Source of the DNA: Calditrichota bacterium
GTDB lineage: Bacteria; Calditrichota; Calditrichia; Calditrichales; J004
Assembly: GCA_003696775.1 (NCBI GenBank)
Contig: RFFS01000125.1
Coordinates: 1-63,075, forward strand
Reading direction: 5' to 3'
Length of the DNA: 63,075 nucleotides
A program made the position numbers and the translations under genes. The notes beneath the pieces are model-generated. The model was not told the origin of the DNA. It did not search any database and saw nothing but the letters and a program-made list of their open reading frames with translations. Shown in pieces: positions 51,449-61,789 of this stretch; the stretch's first letter is position 1; each line of letters begins with the position of its first letter.

Positions 51449-52744
51449 ATGGCAGAATACATAAAAATCAAGGATGTCGCCCGTTACAATGGGCAGGAAG
51501 TGACACTGAAAGGTTGGTTGTACAACAAACGCTCCAGCGGAAAATTACGTTTTTTATTACTGCGTGACGGTACGGAAATCATCCAATGTGTTGTTTTTAA
51601 AGGATCGGTATCACCTGAAGTGTTTGAGCGCGCCACACAACTGACGCAGGAAAGCTCCTGTATCATTACCGGTGTCGTCTCCGAAGACAAACGATCCGCT
51701 CTGGGTTATGAGATTCAGGTTAATGACCTGGAAATTGTTCAAATCGCCGGGGAATATCCCATCAGCAAAAAAGAGCACGGCGTTGATTTTTTGATGGATC
51801 ATCGCCATTTATGGCTGCGCTCCAAAAAACAACACGCGCTGATTCGTATCCGGCATGAGGTGATACGCGCCGCGCGCGAATTTTTTGACAGCCGTGATTT
51901 TACATTGGTCGATACACCCATCTTTACGCCCAACGCGGCGGAAGGCACTACCACGCTTTTTGAAACGGATTATTTTGACCAAAAAGCCTATTTAACCCAA
52001 AGCGGTCAGTTATATGGTGAAGCGGCGGCCATGGCCTTCGGTAACATCTATTGTTTCGGTCCCACCTTTCGCGCGGAAAAATCCAAAACCCGCCGTCATC
52101 TTACGGAATTTTGGATGATTGAACCGGAAATGGCCTATTGCGACCTGGATCAGGATATGGATGTGGCTGAAGCGTTTGTAACGCACCTTGTGCAAAGTGT
52201 TCTTAAAAACCGTCGCCGAGAGCTGGAAGTTTTGGAACGGGATACAAGCAAGCTGGAAAATATCCGTCCGCCATTTCCGCGCATTCATTACAATGAAGCG
52301 GTGGAGATCATTAAAAAACAGAATCCCGATTTTATCGACGGCGATGATTTTGGCGCCGCGGATGAAACGATCATATCCGAACAGTTTGACCGGCCGGTCA
52401 TGGTGCATCGCTATCCGGCCGAAGTGAAGGCGTTTTATATGAAACGCGACCCGGAAAATGCAAATCATGCTCTGGCCATGGATATGCTGGCGCCGGAAGG
52501 CTATGGCGAAATCATCGGCGGTTCCCAGCGTGAAGATGATTATGACGCGCTGCTTGAACGCATCCGCGAACACAATCTGCCTGAAAAAGCCTTTGCCTGG
52601 TATCTCGATTTACGCAAATACGGAAGCGTGCCCCATGCCGGTTTTGGATTGGGGATCGAACGCACCGTCGCCTGGATTGCCGGTATCCGCCATGTGCGTG
52701 AGACCATTCCGTTCCCGAGAACCATGACCCGTTTGTATCCGTAA
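51449..52744 (+). CDS. asnS: Asparagine--tRNA ligase
   Basis: Class IIb motifs [46 protein letters not shown], and the ...FPR tail. Confidence 0.85.
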   Translation: MAEYIKIKDVARYNGQEVTLKGWLYNKRSSGKLRFLLLRDGTEIIQCVVFKGSVSPEVFERATQLTQESSCIITGVVSEDKRSALGYEIQVNDLEIVQIAGEYPISKKEHGVDFLMDHRHLWLRSKKQHALIRIRHEVIRAAREFFDSRDFTLVDTPIFTPNAAEGTTTLFETDYFDQKAYLTQSGQLYGEAAAMAFGNIYCFGPTFRAEKSKTRRHLTEFWMIEPEMAYCDLDQDMDVAEAFVTHLVQSVLKNRRRELEVLERDTSKLENIRPPFPRIHYNEAVEIIKKQNPDFIDGDDFGAADETIISEQFDRPVMVHRYPAEVKAFYMKRDPENANHALAMDMLAPEGYGEIIGGSQREDDYDALLERIREHNLPEKAFAWYLDLRKYGSVPHAGFGLGIERTVAWIAGIRHVRETIPFPRTMTRLYP

Positions 52745-52745
52745 T

Positions 52746-53033
52746 ATGACACCGCCGGTCGTTCAAACCATCCGGTACATCAGTCATGGCCGGGTACAGG
52801 GAGTCGGATATCGCTGGTTTGTAACGCAATGCGCCCGTCAGCTGGGTGTGAAAGGGCAGGTGCGCAATTTACCCGACGGCACGGTGGAAACCATCGCCGC
52901 GGGTACTCCTGATGCGTTGGATGCTTTTCTTTTGGAGCTTAAAAAAGGGCCGCCGGCCGCCAGGGTGCAACGAGTGGATAGCATGCCAACCGAAGAAAAC
53001 CGGCATTTTACAATATTTGAAGTGGTGTATTGA
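52746..53033 (+). CDS. acyP: Acylphosphatase
   Basis: GRVQGVGYRWF motif, 95 aa. Confidence 0.85.
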   Translation: MTPPVVQTIRYISHGRVQGVGYRWFVTQCARQLGVKGQVRNLPDGTVETIAAGTPDALDAFLLELKKGPPAARVQRVDSMPTEENRHFTIFEVVY

Positions 53034-53554
53034 TGAAAACTGACGATCTATATAATATTATCCGGGATGTACCCGATTTTCCCAAGCCGGGCATATTATT
53101 CAAGGATATCACCCCCTTATTAAAAAGCCCGCAACACTTTTCCTATTGTCTCGATGTGTTGCAGCAAATATTATCGGACTACAAATTTGATTATATTGCC
53201 GGTATCGAATCACGTGGATTTGTTTTCGCGGCGCCATTGGCAGATCGGTTGAATACGGGGTTTGTGCCCATACGCAAACCCGGTAAGTTGCCCTGGAAAA
53301 GTTATCAGGAATCCTATGACCTTGAATACGGTTCCAATACCCTGGAAATACACCGGGATGCCCTGGAAAAGGGCAGTCGGGTGGTGGTCATGGACGATTT
53401 ACTGGCCACGGGAGGGACAGCCCTGGCCGCAAACAAACTGGTGGAAAAATGCGACGGTACGGTTGTGTTGGACTTGTTCGTTATCGGTTTGTCCTTTTTG
53501 AACGGTACAAAAGTTTTGGAAGATTATCCGACAAAAACTATTTTAAACTTTTAA
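53033..53554 (+). CDS. apt: Adenine phosphoribosyltransferase
   Basis: FKDITPLL and PRPP motif VVVMDDLLATGGTA. ATG overlaps the acyP stop (TGATG); an in-frame TTG at 53030 is an alternative. Confidence 0.9.
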   Translation: MKTDDLYNIIRDVPDFPKPGILFKDITPLLKSPQHFSYCLDVLQQILSDYKFDYIAGIESRGFVFAAPLADRLNTGFVPIRKPGKLPWKSYQESYDLEYGSNTLEIHRDALEKGSRVVVMDDLLATGGTALAANKLVEKCDGTVVLDLFVIGLSFLNGTKVLEDYPTKTILNF

Positions 53555-53576
53555 CTTCAATTAAAAGAGCAGTTTT

Positions 53577-54692
53577 ATGAAAAAAAAGTTACTCCTTCTT
53601 ATTCTCATTGTCGTAAGCATGGTATATGCCGGTGAGAAATGGTTTCGTTTATATAAGCAAGGGGTGGAAGCCTTGCAAAACGGACAATATGAACTAGCTG
53701 TTCAAAAGCTTGAAGCCGCCCTGGCCGCCAAAGACCGGGAAACTAAAAAAATTCGCACTTACGGCATGCATTTCATCGAATACTTCCCGCATCGGGAGTT
53801 GGGCATAGCCTATTATTTTTTGGATAAGAAGAAAAAAGCGCTCTTCCATTTAAAAAAATCGTACAAAACCGAACCCACGGAACGGGCGCGATCCTATCTT
53901 AAAAAACTGGCGGGCGATTATCTGGACAATCCGCCACCCCAAAAGAACATGCCACCGGAAAGTAAGAATGCGCCGGTCCGGGCACACGCTTCCAAATTAA
54001 AACTCGTGGGGGAACGCATGGGTATTGCTGTGTTGCCGTTTGAAAACAAAGGCGCCAGCCGCGATCTGGGCAATATTGTCCTGGATAAAATGATCAACGC
54101 TTTGGTCAACAAAGGCCGTTTCAAAGTTATCGAACGGGCGCAACTGGAAAAAATACTGGAAGAGCAGCAGCTCGGTCAATCCGGCATTATCGATGCCAGT
54201 ACCGCCGCGGAAATAGGCAAGGGCCTGGGCGTGGACGCCATGGTGCTTGGTTCCGTGGCCGTTACACCGGATGGGGCCGCCAGCATCGATGCCCGCTTGA
54301 TCGACACCGAATCGGCTAAAATCATTTTGGCGCATGATGCTTATGCCCGTGATAAAAGCGTCCAAACCGTAAAAACCGCCGTCCAACAACTGGCCGATGA
54401 TATCACAACCGATTTACCCCTTGTTCAGGGTTTTGTGATCCAAACACCCCAACCCGGCTCCTTAATGCTCGATATGGGCAGCCAGTCCGGATTGCGGAAA
54501 GGAGTGAAATGCGTGATATACAAAGAAGGCAAGGAAATCCGTCATCCCGTAAGCGGTGAAGTATTGGGCAAGGAAACCATTATTCTGGGCACAGCCATCA
54601 TAACGGAAGTATATGACAAATATTCCAATGCCCGTATCGAAGGCACACCGAAAGGCGCCATTACGGTTGGAGATCGATTTGTAACCAAATAA
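53577..54692 (+). CDS. Envelope lipoprotein-like protein with CsgG/LpoB-like domain and C-terminal beta-barrel module
   Basis: Signal peptide, TPR-like helix pair, IAVLPFENKG...LVNKGRFKVIERAQLEKILEEQQLGQSGIID (CsgG-family core pattern), and C-terminal LDMGSQSGLRKG...GDRF. Confidence 0.55.
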   Translation: MKKKLLLLILIVVSMVYAGEKWFRLYKQGVEALQNGQYELAVQKLEAALAAKDRETKKIRTYGMHFIEYFPHRELGIAYYFLDKKKKALFHLKKSYKTEPTERARSYLKKLAGDYLDNPPPQKNMPPESKNAPVRAHASKLKLVGERMGIAVLPFENKGASRDLGNIVLDKMINALVNKGRFKVIERAQLEKILEEQQLGQSGIIDASTAAEIGKGLGVDAMVLGSVAVTPDGAASIDARLIDTESAKIILAHDAYARDKSVQTVKTAVQQLADDITTDLPLVQGFVIQTPQPGSLMLDMGSQSGLRKGVKCVIYKEGKEIRHPVSGEVLGKETIILGTAIITEVYDKYSNARIEGTPKGAITVGDRFVTK

Positions 54693-54702
54693 GGGAGGTA
54701 TT

Positions 54703-55902
54703 ATGAAGACATTTGTACTGTTGCTATTGCTAACGGGATTGTGTTGGCCCGCATTCAGTCAGAATAACACAAACTTTGCCATAAACGGAAACGGCGCCCG
54801 AGCGGCGGGCATTGGTTATGCGTTTACCGGTGTGGCCGACGATGCCTCCGCGATTTCCTGGAATCCTGCCGGCTTAACACAACTTTATCAGATGGAAGCC
54901 AGTGTGGTGGGGCGTTCTTCCGTGGGACAGGCCGAAGTAACCGGTTTTAAAGACCTGGGTATCGAATCCTGGAACGCCGAAGCGGCCAGCGCCTTTCAAT
55001 TTAACTTTGCCAGTTTCGTTTTACCGATCAGTGTGGGCGATTTCAATATTGTAAGTGGTCTGGCTTATCGCCGTATGTATGATTTTACCTCGGAGTTAAC
55101 ACAAACCATCACCGCCAGCGCGTTTGGGTTCTCATTTCAGCAACGGGAGTTTTATTCCGACATAAACGGAGGTATCAACGCCATTGCCCCGTCTCTTGGC
55201 GTGGAACTCAATGATATGATTTCCGTGGGGGTAACCGCTAATATCATGACGGGCAGTGAAGACGGCTTCAGTTCGCAGACCGATGATCAGGTGACCGTTT
55301 CCGAGGCTACCTATGCTCTGGATTATTCCGGCCTTTCCTTTGATCTGGGCTTGTTGTTTAAGTTGAATGATATGTTTTCCGCCGGGGCGCTTATAACTCT
55401 GCCACATAGCCGTAAATTCACTTATACCGACTTCAACGGTGTCGATCCGCAAACTGGAGAGCAGGAATTGAGTGTGCCGCTTTTTTACAGACTGGGGGCC
55501 GCTATTCGCCCCACCGATCGCCTGTTACTGGCCGCGGATTTAAATGTCCAACCCGTTTCCAAGGTGGAATTTGAAGGCGTTACTCTGGCCGATCTAATCG
55601 GACAGGAAGACCTGAATTCGCTGCATTTCGGTCTGGAATATTTATTGGGTGAAGAAACGATCATTCCCATACGATTGGGCTTTTACACCCAACCGCTGGG
55701 CTTTAACGATGATAACGGCGATCCGGTTGTGGCCGGCGTATTAACAGCCGGAACAGGTATCAGCATCGGCACCATTTTGCTGGACGCCAGTCTGGAATAC
55801 GCACGTTCTGAGCAAGTGACCGATAAAACCGCAAATATCAATTTAACCACTAACGAACTGGTGTTTACATTGGGCGCGGTGATTCATCTCGGCAGTGATT
55901 GA
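54703..55902 (+). CDS. Outer-membrane beta-barrel protein (FadL/PorV-like, family uncertain)
   Basis: Signal peptide ending AFSQ, and alternating hydrophobic beta-strand pattern throughout with Gly/aromatic girdles. Confidence 0.5.
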   Translation: MKTFVLLLLLTGLCWPAFSQNNTNFAINGNGARAAGIGYAFTGVADDASAISWNPAGLTQLYQMEASVVGRSSVGQAEVTGFKDLGIESWNAEAASAFQFNFASFVLPISVGDFNIVSGLAYRRMYDFTSELTQTITASAFGFSFQQREFYSDINGGINAIAPSLGVELNDMISVGVTANIMTGSEDGFSSQTDDQVTVSEATYALDYSGLSFDLGLLFKLNDMFSAGALITLPHSRKFTYTDFNGVDPQTGEQELSVPLFYRLGAAIRPTDRLLLAADLNVQPVSKVEFEGVTLADLIGQEDLNSLHFGLEYLLGEETIIPIRLGFYTQPLGFNDDNGDPVVAGVLTAGTGISIGTILLDASLEYARSEQVTDKTANINLTTNELVFTLGAVIHLGSD

Positions 55903-55930
55903 TACGACCGCATGAGACATAAAATATTCA

Positions 55931-55955
55931 AGGCCGCCGCGTGCGGCCTTTTTTG
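55931..55955 (+). terminator. Intrinsic terminator
   Basis: AGGCCGC / GCGGCCT stem, 5-nt loop, T-run. Confidence 0.7.
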
Positions 55956-56018
55956 TTGATCCGTCCATCCTTACTTTTGCTTTAAATCTTTATAACAATT
56001 AAATTTGACGCTTATCCC

Positions 56019-56093
56019 GCCCCATTAGCTCAGTAGGATAGAGCACGGGATTCCTAATCCCGGTTAGCCCAGGTTCGAGTCCTGGATGGGGCA
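56019..56093 (+). tRNA. tRNA-Arg(CCT): tRNA-Arg (anticodon CCT)
   Basis: Hand-folded cloverleaf. Acceptor GCCCCAT/ATGGGGC, D arm GCTC-AGTAGGATA-GAGC, anticodon arm CGGGA-TTCCTAA-TCCCG, T arm CCAGG-TTCGAGT-CCTGG, discriminator A. Followed by CCG, so CCA is not fully encoded. Confidence 0.85.
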
Positions 56094-56133
56094 CCGTATG
56101 TCTATAAAAATTTCAACTTTAAGGAGATTGCTA

Positions 56134-56811
56134 ATGTTAAAAGCGCCTAAAAAATATTCAAAAAAAGAATTAAAACACGATCCGTTGCTGGATACCATGG
56201 TTAAAACCCAGACCTTTTATGAAGATAATAAAAAACGCATACATGGCATGGGAGGCGGTATTCTGGTCATCGCCGTGATCATTTTTCTGCTTAGCTATTT
56301 ACATCAGTCCAACGAACAAAAGGCGGCCATTCTTTTTGGAAAAGCCCAGGTAGAATATCAGGATATGAATTATACCAAGGCCAAAACTTTTCTGGAATAT
56401 CTGGTGGATGCCTATGGTGGTACCACATCCGGTGATCAGGGCCTCTTTTTGTTGGCAAATATCAACTACAATCAAAATAAAATTGCCGAAGCCAAAGCGC
56501 TATATCAGCGTTTTGTGGATAGTTATTCCGGAAGTGAAATATTGCTTTCTTCCGGTTACGCCGGTTTAGCGGCCTGTAATGAAGCGGAAGGAGATTATGC
56601 CGCCGCCGCTGAAAATTATCTGAAAGCCTGGCATGAAGCCGGTGATTTCCCGGAAGCCGATAATTATCTGTTTATGGCCGCCGTTAATTATGAATTTGCC
56701 GGACAAAAGGATAAAGCCACGGAATATTATCAAAAACTGACGGAAACGTATCCTAAATCCCGTCACGTGTTCGAAGCCCGGGCCAAATTAACCCTGCTCG
56801 CCTCCAAATAA
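56134..56811 (+). CDS. Membrane-anchored TPR protein (YfgM-like)
   Basis: ATG at 56134 with AAGGAG upstream. KKELKHDPLLD, one TM (ILVIAVIIFLLSYL), then TPR-like repeats. The ORF-track start at 56086 overlaps the tRNA. Confidence 0.6.
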   Translation: MLKAPKKYSKKELKHDPLLDTMVKTQTFYEDNKKRIHGMGGGILVIAVIIFLLSYLHQSNEQKAAILFGKAQVEYQDMNYTKAKTFLEYLVDAYGGTTSGDQGLFLLANINYNQNKIAEAKALYQRFVDSYSGSEILLSSGYAGLAACNEAEGDYAAAAENYLKAWHEAGDFPEADNYLFMAAVNYEFAGQKDKATEYYQKLTETYPKSRHVFEARAKLTLLASK

Positions 56812-56821
56812 AAGGAAAATC

Positions 56822-58003
56822 ATGGCTGCAACCCGCTCCGAAAAAGATTTGTTTATACAAGTCTATAAACGTTTTCCGGAACCCATAGATCATGGGGAAG
56901 GTATTTACCTGTTCGATCAAAAGGGCAGGAAATATCTTGATTTTTTATCCGGAATAGCCGTCAATGCACTGGGCTATAATCACCCCGCTGTGTTACAGGC
57001 CGTCGAAAAGCAACTCAAACGAAATCTGCATCTGAGCAACTATTTTGTACAGGATGTTCAGTTGGAATTGGCGGAATCCCTGTTAAATCTCACGCCGTAT
57101 TCAAAACTGTTTCTTTCCAACAGCGGAACGGAAGCCATTGAAGGACTGATTAAACTTGTACGCAAATGGGGCTTGCAACGCGGTAAAAGAAAAATCATCG
57201 CTTTTGAAGGTGGTTTTCATGGCCGCACTCTGGGCGCAGTAAGCATCACCGGTCAAAGCAAATACCGCGAGAGTTTCCAACCCCTGTTGCCGGACATCGA
57301 ATTCATACCGTTTAATGATGTGAACGCGCTCAATAACGCCCTGGACGAGAATGTGGCCGGTGTCTTTTTTGAAGGGATAACGGGCGAGGGCGGTATTGTG
57401 CCGATTTCCGATGCCATGCTCAAAGCGTTGAAGCAAGGAAAGGAAAAATACGATTTCCTTATCATAACCGATGAAATTCAAACCGGCGTGGGACGCACCG
57501 GCTATTTTTATTATTATGAAACGTTTCCGTTCTCGCCGGACGCCATTGCCACGGCCAAAGGGTTGGGGGGCGGACTGCCACTGGCCGCTTTTTGTGTTAA
57601 GGAAGAAATCGCCGATGTGTTTAGTCCCGGTGAACATGGCACCACTTACGGGGGCAATCCCCTGGCATGTGCCGCCGGACTGGCCACCGTCCGGGAAGTG
57701 TCTCAACCGGCATTTTTGGCGCATGTGCGCGACACCGGCGCCTATTTGATGCAACGCTTAAAAGAAATCATCGATCTTTATCCGGACTTGTGTCTGGATG
57801 TGCGCGGCAGCGGTTTAATGTGCGGACTCGATGTGGCCCGCAACGGTTCGGAAATCATGCACGCGGCCTTTCACAAAGGATTGATCTTTAATATCGCCGG
57901 CGGCGGAAAAACACTGCGCTTTTTACCACCATTGATTATCGGGAAAGAAAATGTGGACGAAGCCATGGATATCCTGCTTCCGTTATTAAAAACATTCCGG
58001 TAA
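56822..58003 (+). CDS. argD: Acetylornithine aminotransferase (class III PLP aminotransferase)
   Basis: SNSGTEAIE, FHGRT, DEIQTGVGRTG, and the PLP-Lys context ATAKGLGGG. Confidence 0.85.
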   Translation: MAATRSEKDLFIQVYKRFPEPIDHGEGIYLFDQKGRKYLDFLSGIAVNALGYNHPAVLQAVEKQLKRNLHLSNYFVQDVQLELAESLLNLTPYSKLFLSNSGTEAIEGLIKLVRKWGLQRGKRKIIAFEGGFHGRTLGAVSITGQSKYRESFQPLLPDIEFIPFNDVNALNNALDENVAGVFFEGITGEGGIVPISDAMLKALKQGKEKYDFLIITDEIQTGVGRTGYFYYYETFPFSPDAIATAKGLGGGLPLAAFCVKEEIADVFSPGEHGTTYGGNPLACAAGLATVREVSQPAFLAHVRDTGAYLMQRLKEIIDLYPDLCLDVRGSGLMCGLDVARNGSEIMHAAFHKGLIFNIAGGGKTLRFLPPLIIGKENVDEAMDILLPLLKTFR

Positions 58004-58008
58004 GATAC

Positions 58009-58956
58009 GTGTACGATTATGTATTCATAAGTGAACACATTTTGCTGCTGTTAATATGCGGCGCGTTTTACTTTTTGATTCGTTTTGTGGCCGTTCAACA
58101 TAAAAAATGGCTGGACCCGTCATTTGAAACGCCTTCTTACAGCGCGAAACTAAGCCGATGGTTGTTTCAGGGCTTGTTAATCGCCCTCGGTATCAATTTC
58201 GTTCTGGCTCAAATTTACACCTTTTTACTGGCGTATCAGGTTATTCAACTGGAACAGGTGATTCGGATTCCCAACACGGTTATTCATGGTTTATGGCTCG
58301 CTCAGGCCGAGGGTTGGATATATGTGTTTGCCATTTTGCTTTTGCTCATTTATTATAAATTCCGGACAACCGAACGTTTGGCCTGGTTAAAAAAAGTCGT
58401 TACGGGATTATCTGTTTTGTTTATCATCCTGTTGCTCGTCCGGGGTGTGATGTATTTCCTGTCGCTCCAAGCCCTTATGCTTCCGGCTCTGGAGCGATCC
58501 ACCGGTTATACCTCCACATTGGACAGGATGTCCGACCTGAACGCTTTGCTTATAACGGGCGTTATACTGGTCCTGACCATAACATATCGACTGTTACGCC
58601 AAAAACGGAAAAACATTTATTACAGGCTCTATTTGGGAAGTAACTTGTTGGCTTTTATCATATTAGCCATACCTTACCAACGGATGGGGGAAGCGTTGTT
58701 GAATACCAATATGACATGGGTGGCCGGTTTTAGTCATCATGTTTATTTCGTTTTACCTGTATTCCTTTTTCTGGTATTCAGTGCCCTCGGATCGTTAATA
58801 CTATCCGGTATCTATCTGAGTATCAGTCCGCGTCTGCTTGTTCCGTCTTTTGGCCGCGCTTATGCCTTGAAATTTGCCGGTATCAATTTTATTTCATTAC
58901 TCATTTTAACAATGGTACCGATTTATCCACTTTTATTGCGCATGCTGTTTGATTAA
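58009..58956 (+). CDS. Hypothetical polytopic membrane protein
   Basis: At least 8 hydrophobic segments and no recognisable motif. GTG start, which is uncertain. Confidence 0.5.
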   Translation: MYDYVFISEHILLLLICGAFYFLIRFVAVQHKKWLDPSFETPSYSAKLSRWLFQGLLIALGINFVLAQIYTFLLAYQVIQLEQVIRIPNTVIHGLWLAQAEGWIYVFAILLLLIYYKFRTTERLAWLKKVVTGLSVLFIILLLVRGVMYFLSLQALMLPALERSTGYTSTLDRMSDLNALLITGVILVLTITYRLLRQKRKNIYYRLYLGSNLLAFIILAIPYQRMGEALLNTNMTWVAGFSHHVYFVLPVFLFLVFSALGSLILSGIYLSISPRLLVPSFGRAYALKFAGINFISLLILTMVPIYPLLLRMLFD

Positions 58957-58974
58957 AATCCGGAAGGAATAGGG

Positions 58975-59709
58975 ATGTTTTCACAAAAATTACTTATTCG
59001 TTTGAAAAACGCGTTCAATGTAACCGTGCTGACTGGGGCGGGCATATCCGCCGACAGCGGGATACCCACTTTTAGGGGCCCGGATGGTTTGTGGAAAGAC
59101 CAGGAAGTGGAGAAACTGGCTACCCTTGAAGCCCTGGAGAATGAACCGGAAGTATTCTGGGAATTTTATAACTGGCGGCGTCAACTGTTGAAGGACATCA
59201 AACCGAATTTCGCCCATTTTTCACTGGTCGATATCGAAAACTATTTCGAGGATTTCACTTTGATCACGCAAAACGTGGATAATCTGCATGCGATTGCCGG
59301 CAACAAAAATCTGGTGGAACTGCACGGTAACATCACCCGTAACCGTTGCACAAGTTGTGATCATATTGTGCCCATGGAACAAATGGCGGAGCAGGCCATT
59401 CCATACTGTGATAAATGCGGCGCCATTATGAAACCGGATGTGGTTTTATTTGGAGAACCCCTAAACCCCAAACTGTTACGGCAGGCGCAAACAGCCAGCG
59501 CGGAGTGTGAAGTGTTTTTTTCCATCGGTACCTCATCCGTGGTGGAACCGGCTGCATCCCTGCCGTATATCGCCAAGGCCAATGGCGCATATATAGTGGA
59601 AATCAATCCGGAGTCCACGCCCTTAACCGAAAATGCCGACGAAGTCATTAATATTCCGGCGGCCAAAGCCTTAACGGCGCTGGTTCTTATTTTGGACAGA
59701 ATACGCTGA
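58975..59709 (+). CDS. cobB: NAD+-dependent protein deacylase (Sir2/CobB family)
   Basis: GAGISADSGIPTFRG, QNVDNLH, catalytic His in ELHGN, and Zn Cys pairs CTSC...CDKCG. Confidence 0.85.
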   Translation: MFSQKLLIRLKNAFNVTVLTGAGISADSGIPTFRGPDGLWKDQEVEKLATLEALENEPEVFWEFYNWRRQLLKDIKPNFAHFSLVDIENYFEDFTLITQNVDNLHAIAGNKNLVELHGNITRNRCTSCDHIVPMEQMAEQAIPYCDKCGAIMKPDVVLFGEPLNPKLLRQAQTASAECEVFFSIGTSSVVEPAASLPYIAKANGAYIVEINPESTPLTENADEVINIPAAKALTALVLILDRIR

Positions 59710-59731
59710 AAAAACTAAAAAGCGCAAATAT

Positions 59732-61789
59732 ATGCAAACTTTAAAAAAAATCTTATTCTGGGCGGTATTGTGGAGCATGACCTCCTGCGCGTATTATAAC
59801 ACCTTCTTCAACGCCAAACGCTATTTTGAGCAAGCCGGGGCTAAAAAGGAAGCCCTGACCGAAGATGTGAAAAATCTGCCCAAGGACATTCGCAATGGTT
59901 ATCTGAAAGCCATAGAGAAGTCCTGGAAAGTTATCAATGTTTACGGCGATAGCAGCCGCTGGGCCGACGATGCGTTGTTTCTGATCGGTAAAAGTCATTA
60001 CGAATTGGAAGAATATGACAAGGCGGAAAAGATATTCGAACAGTTTAAGCAAAAATATGTCCGATCGGAGTGGTTACCCCGAGTACAGATATGGCTGGGC
60101 AAAACCTATATGCAACAAGAGAAGCGGGATAAGGCTCTGGATATTTTTTCTTCACTGCTGAGTGGTGAACAGGAAGAGGCCATTCAGGCGGAAGCGCATC
60201 TTTATATGGGACATATTTATTTCAATTCCGAAACCTATGATGAAGCTATTGCCCACTATCAAAAAGTCATGGAACTGGGTGATGAAGAACGCTTGTTGAC
60301 CGAAGCTTTGAATTATATGGCCGAAGCGCATTACGCGCTGGGCGCATATGACAAGGCGATCGAAAATTATCAGGAAATCTTAAAATACGATCAACCCGTT
60401 GCCAAACGCTACGATGCGTTTTCAAAATTAATAGATGCTTTGATCGAGAAAAAAGATTATGATAACGCCGCGCGGATCATGAAAAACGCCTTAACCGACC
60501 AACGATTTAAAGATTATTTTTCCCTGATAGAAGTTAAAATAGCCAACCTATCGGAATTCCGAAATGAAAAAGATTACGCGCTGGAACTATATCGGGAGGT
60601 TATGAAAAAATACCCGCGAACCAATGGTTCGGCGTTGGCGGCCTATTATATGGGGCAAATATACGAACTTGATTATGGCCGGATGGATTCCGCTAAAACC
60701 ATGTATGATAAGGTTAAAAGGGAATTTGCGAAATCCGAAGCTGTGAAAGATGCCGCTGAGCGTTCCAGAACGCTATCCGTATATTTAAAAATTCATAAAC
60801 AACTTTTAAAAGACAGGGAAGACCTCTATAAGTTGGAACATGGCGATTCCTCATTGGTGGATAGTCTGGTTACGGGCTTGGATACCGTGGAAATTACTGT
60901 CCATACGGATACGGACAGCAGCCAAAATAATAATCACCCAAACGATCCGTCGGCGCCTGCCGCGGCCAATAATTCCGCTCAGCCCGGAGACAAAACGTCT
61001 TCTAAGGCGAACAAGTCATCCGGTATGCGTAAAAAAGTAAAAGAAAAGAAAAAAGCCGTCAACCGCAAACCGGAAGATGTACAGCTTAGTCTAAAACGGA
61101 ATTCTTACAACCTGGGGGAATTCTTTTTACTTACCTACGACCGGCCGGACAGCGCCGTGCGGGCTTATCAACATTTTATTGAACAATTCCCGGATGATTC
61201 CGTGCTTACTCCCAAGGCGTACTATTCGCTTTACACCGCTTACAAAGAATTGGACGACAGCCTCAACGCCCGGATTTACAAACAACGCCTGATGGAGCAC
61301 TATCCTGAGAGTATTTACAGCTTAAAACTGTCCGGCGCCTATAAACCGAAAGCCGCGAAAGAAAATTCTAAATTTCATAAAGATTATTTACTGGCGGAAG
61401 ATGCCATGGACAAGGGCCATTATCGGCAAGCGATTGATTTGTTTACCCAAATTGCCGAAAGCGATTCCGGTGACACTTGGGGAAAGAAAGCGCGATATAG
61501 CATTGCCTGGATTTATGAACATAAACTCAATGATATCTCCAAAGCCGTAGAAGCATACTCCATCTTTGCCAGGGAATATCCCACAAGCAGAGAAGCCCGC
61601 CTGGCCCTGGGAAAGTCCACATTGCCCAAAATTGAAACCGATTCAACCGCGGTCGTCGGCGATAGCAGTCGGGCCCTTCCTTCCGCCGGGCAAACAAAGC
61701 ACAACATAAAAGAACCCGCGCGTAAAGCTAAGGAGCCGGCCTTGAAAAAAGACCCGGAAAATAAGGAACCCCATCCGGATGATGAGTAG
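59732..61789 (+). CDS. TPR-repeat lipoprotein with low-complexity linker
   Basis: Lipobox WSMTSC, multiple TPR/YbgF-like repeats, a central Ser/Asn/Pro/Lys-rich segment, and a Lys/Glu/Pro-rich tail. Confidence 0.7.
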   Translation: MQTLKKILFWAVLWSMTSCAYYNTFFNAKRYFEQAGAKKEALTEDVKNLPKDIRNGYLKAIEKSWKVINVYGDSSRWADDALFLIGKSHYELEEYDKAEKIFEQFKQKYVRSEWLPRVQIWLGKTYMQQEKRDKALDIFSSLLSGEQEEAIQAEAHLYMGHIYFNSETYDEAIAHYQKVMELGDEERLLTEALNYMAEAHYALGAYDKAIENYQEILKYDQPVAKRYDAFSKLIDALIEKKDYDNAARIMKNALTDQRFKDYFSLIEVKIANLSEFRNEKDYALELYREVMKKYPRTNGSALAAYYMGQIYELDYGRMDSAKTMYDKVKREFAKSEAVKDAAERSRTLSVYLKIHKQLLKDREDLYKLEHGDSSLVDSLVTGLDTVEITVHTDTDSSQNNNHPNDPSAPAAANNSAQPGDKTSSKANKSSGMRKKVKEKKKAVNRKPEDVQLSLKRNSYNLGEFFLLTYDRPDSAVRAYQHFIEQFPDDSVLTPKAYYSLYTAYKELDDSLNARIYKQRLMEHYPESIYSLKLSGAYKPKAAKENSKFHKDYLLAEDAMDKGHYRQAIDLFTQIAESDSGDTWGKKARYSIAWIYEHKLNDISKAVEAYSIFAREYPTSREARLALGKSTLPKIETDSTAVVGDSSRALPSAGQTKHNIKEPARKAKEPALKKDPENKEPHPDDE

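Noticed and set aside
52010-52573. 187-aa minus-strand ORF
   Set aside because: It is antisense to asnS, whose class II motifs are unambiguous. This is a typical shadow frame.
56086-56133. Upstream start of the YfgM-like ORF
   Set aside because: It would overlap the 3' end of tRNA-Arg. The ATG at 56134 has an AAGGAG SD.
57101-57754. 217-aa minus-strand ORF
   Set aside because: It is antisense to argD and has no independent support.
56019-59709. Possible genomic island integrated at the tRNA-Arg gene
   Set aside because: The downstream genes are housekeeping types (TPR anchor protein, argD, membrane protein, cobB). There is no integrase, and I noticed no repeat of the tRNA 3' end, though an exhaustive repeat search was not possible by eye.
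58975-59709. Sir2 protein as a defence effector (Thoeris/DSR-like)
   Set aside because: This is a short single-domain CobB-type deacylase with a Zn ribbon. It has no TIR, helicase or sensor partner and sits in a housekeeping context.
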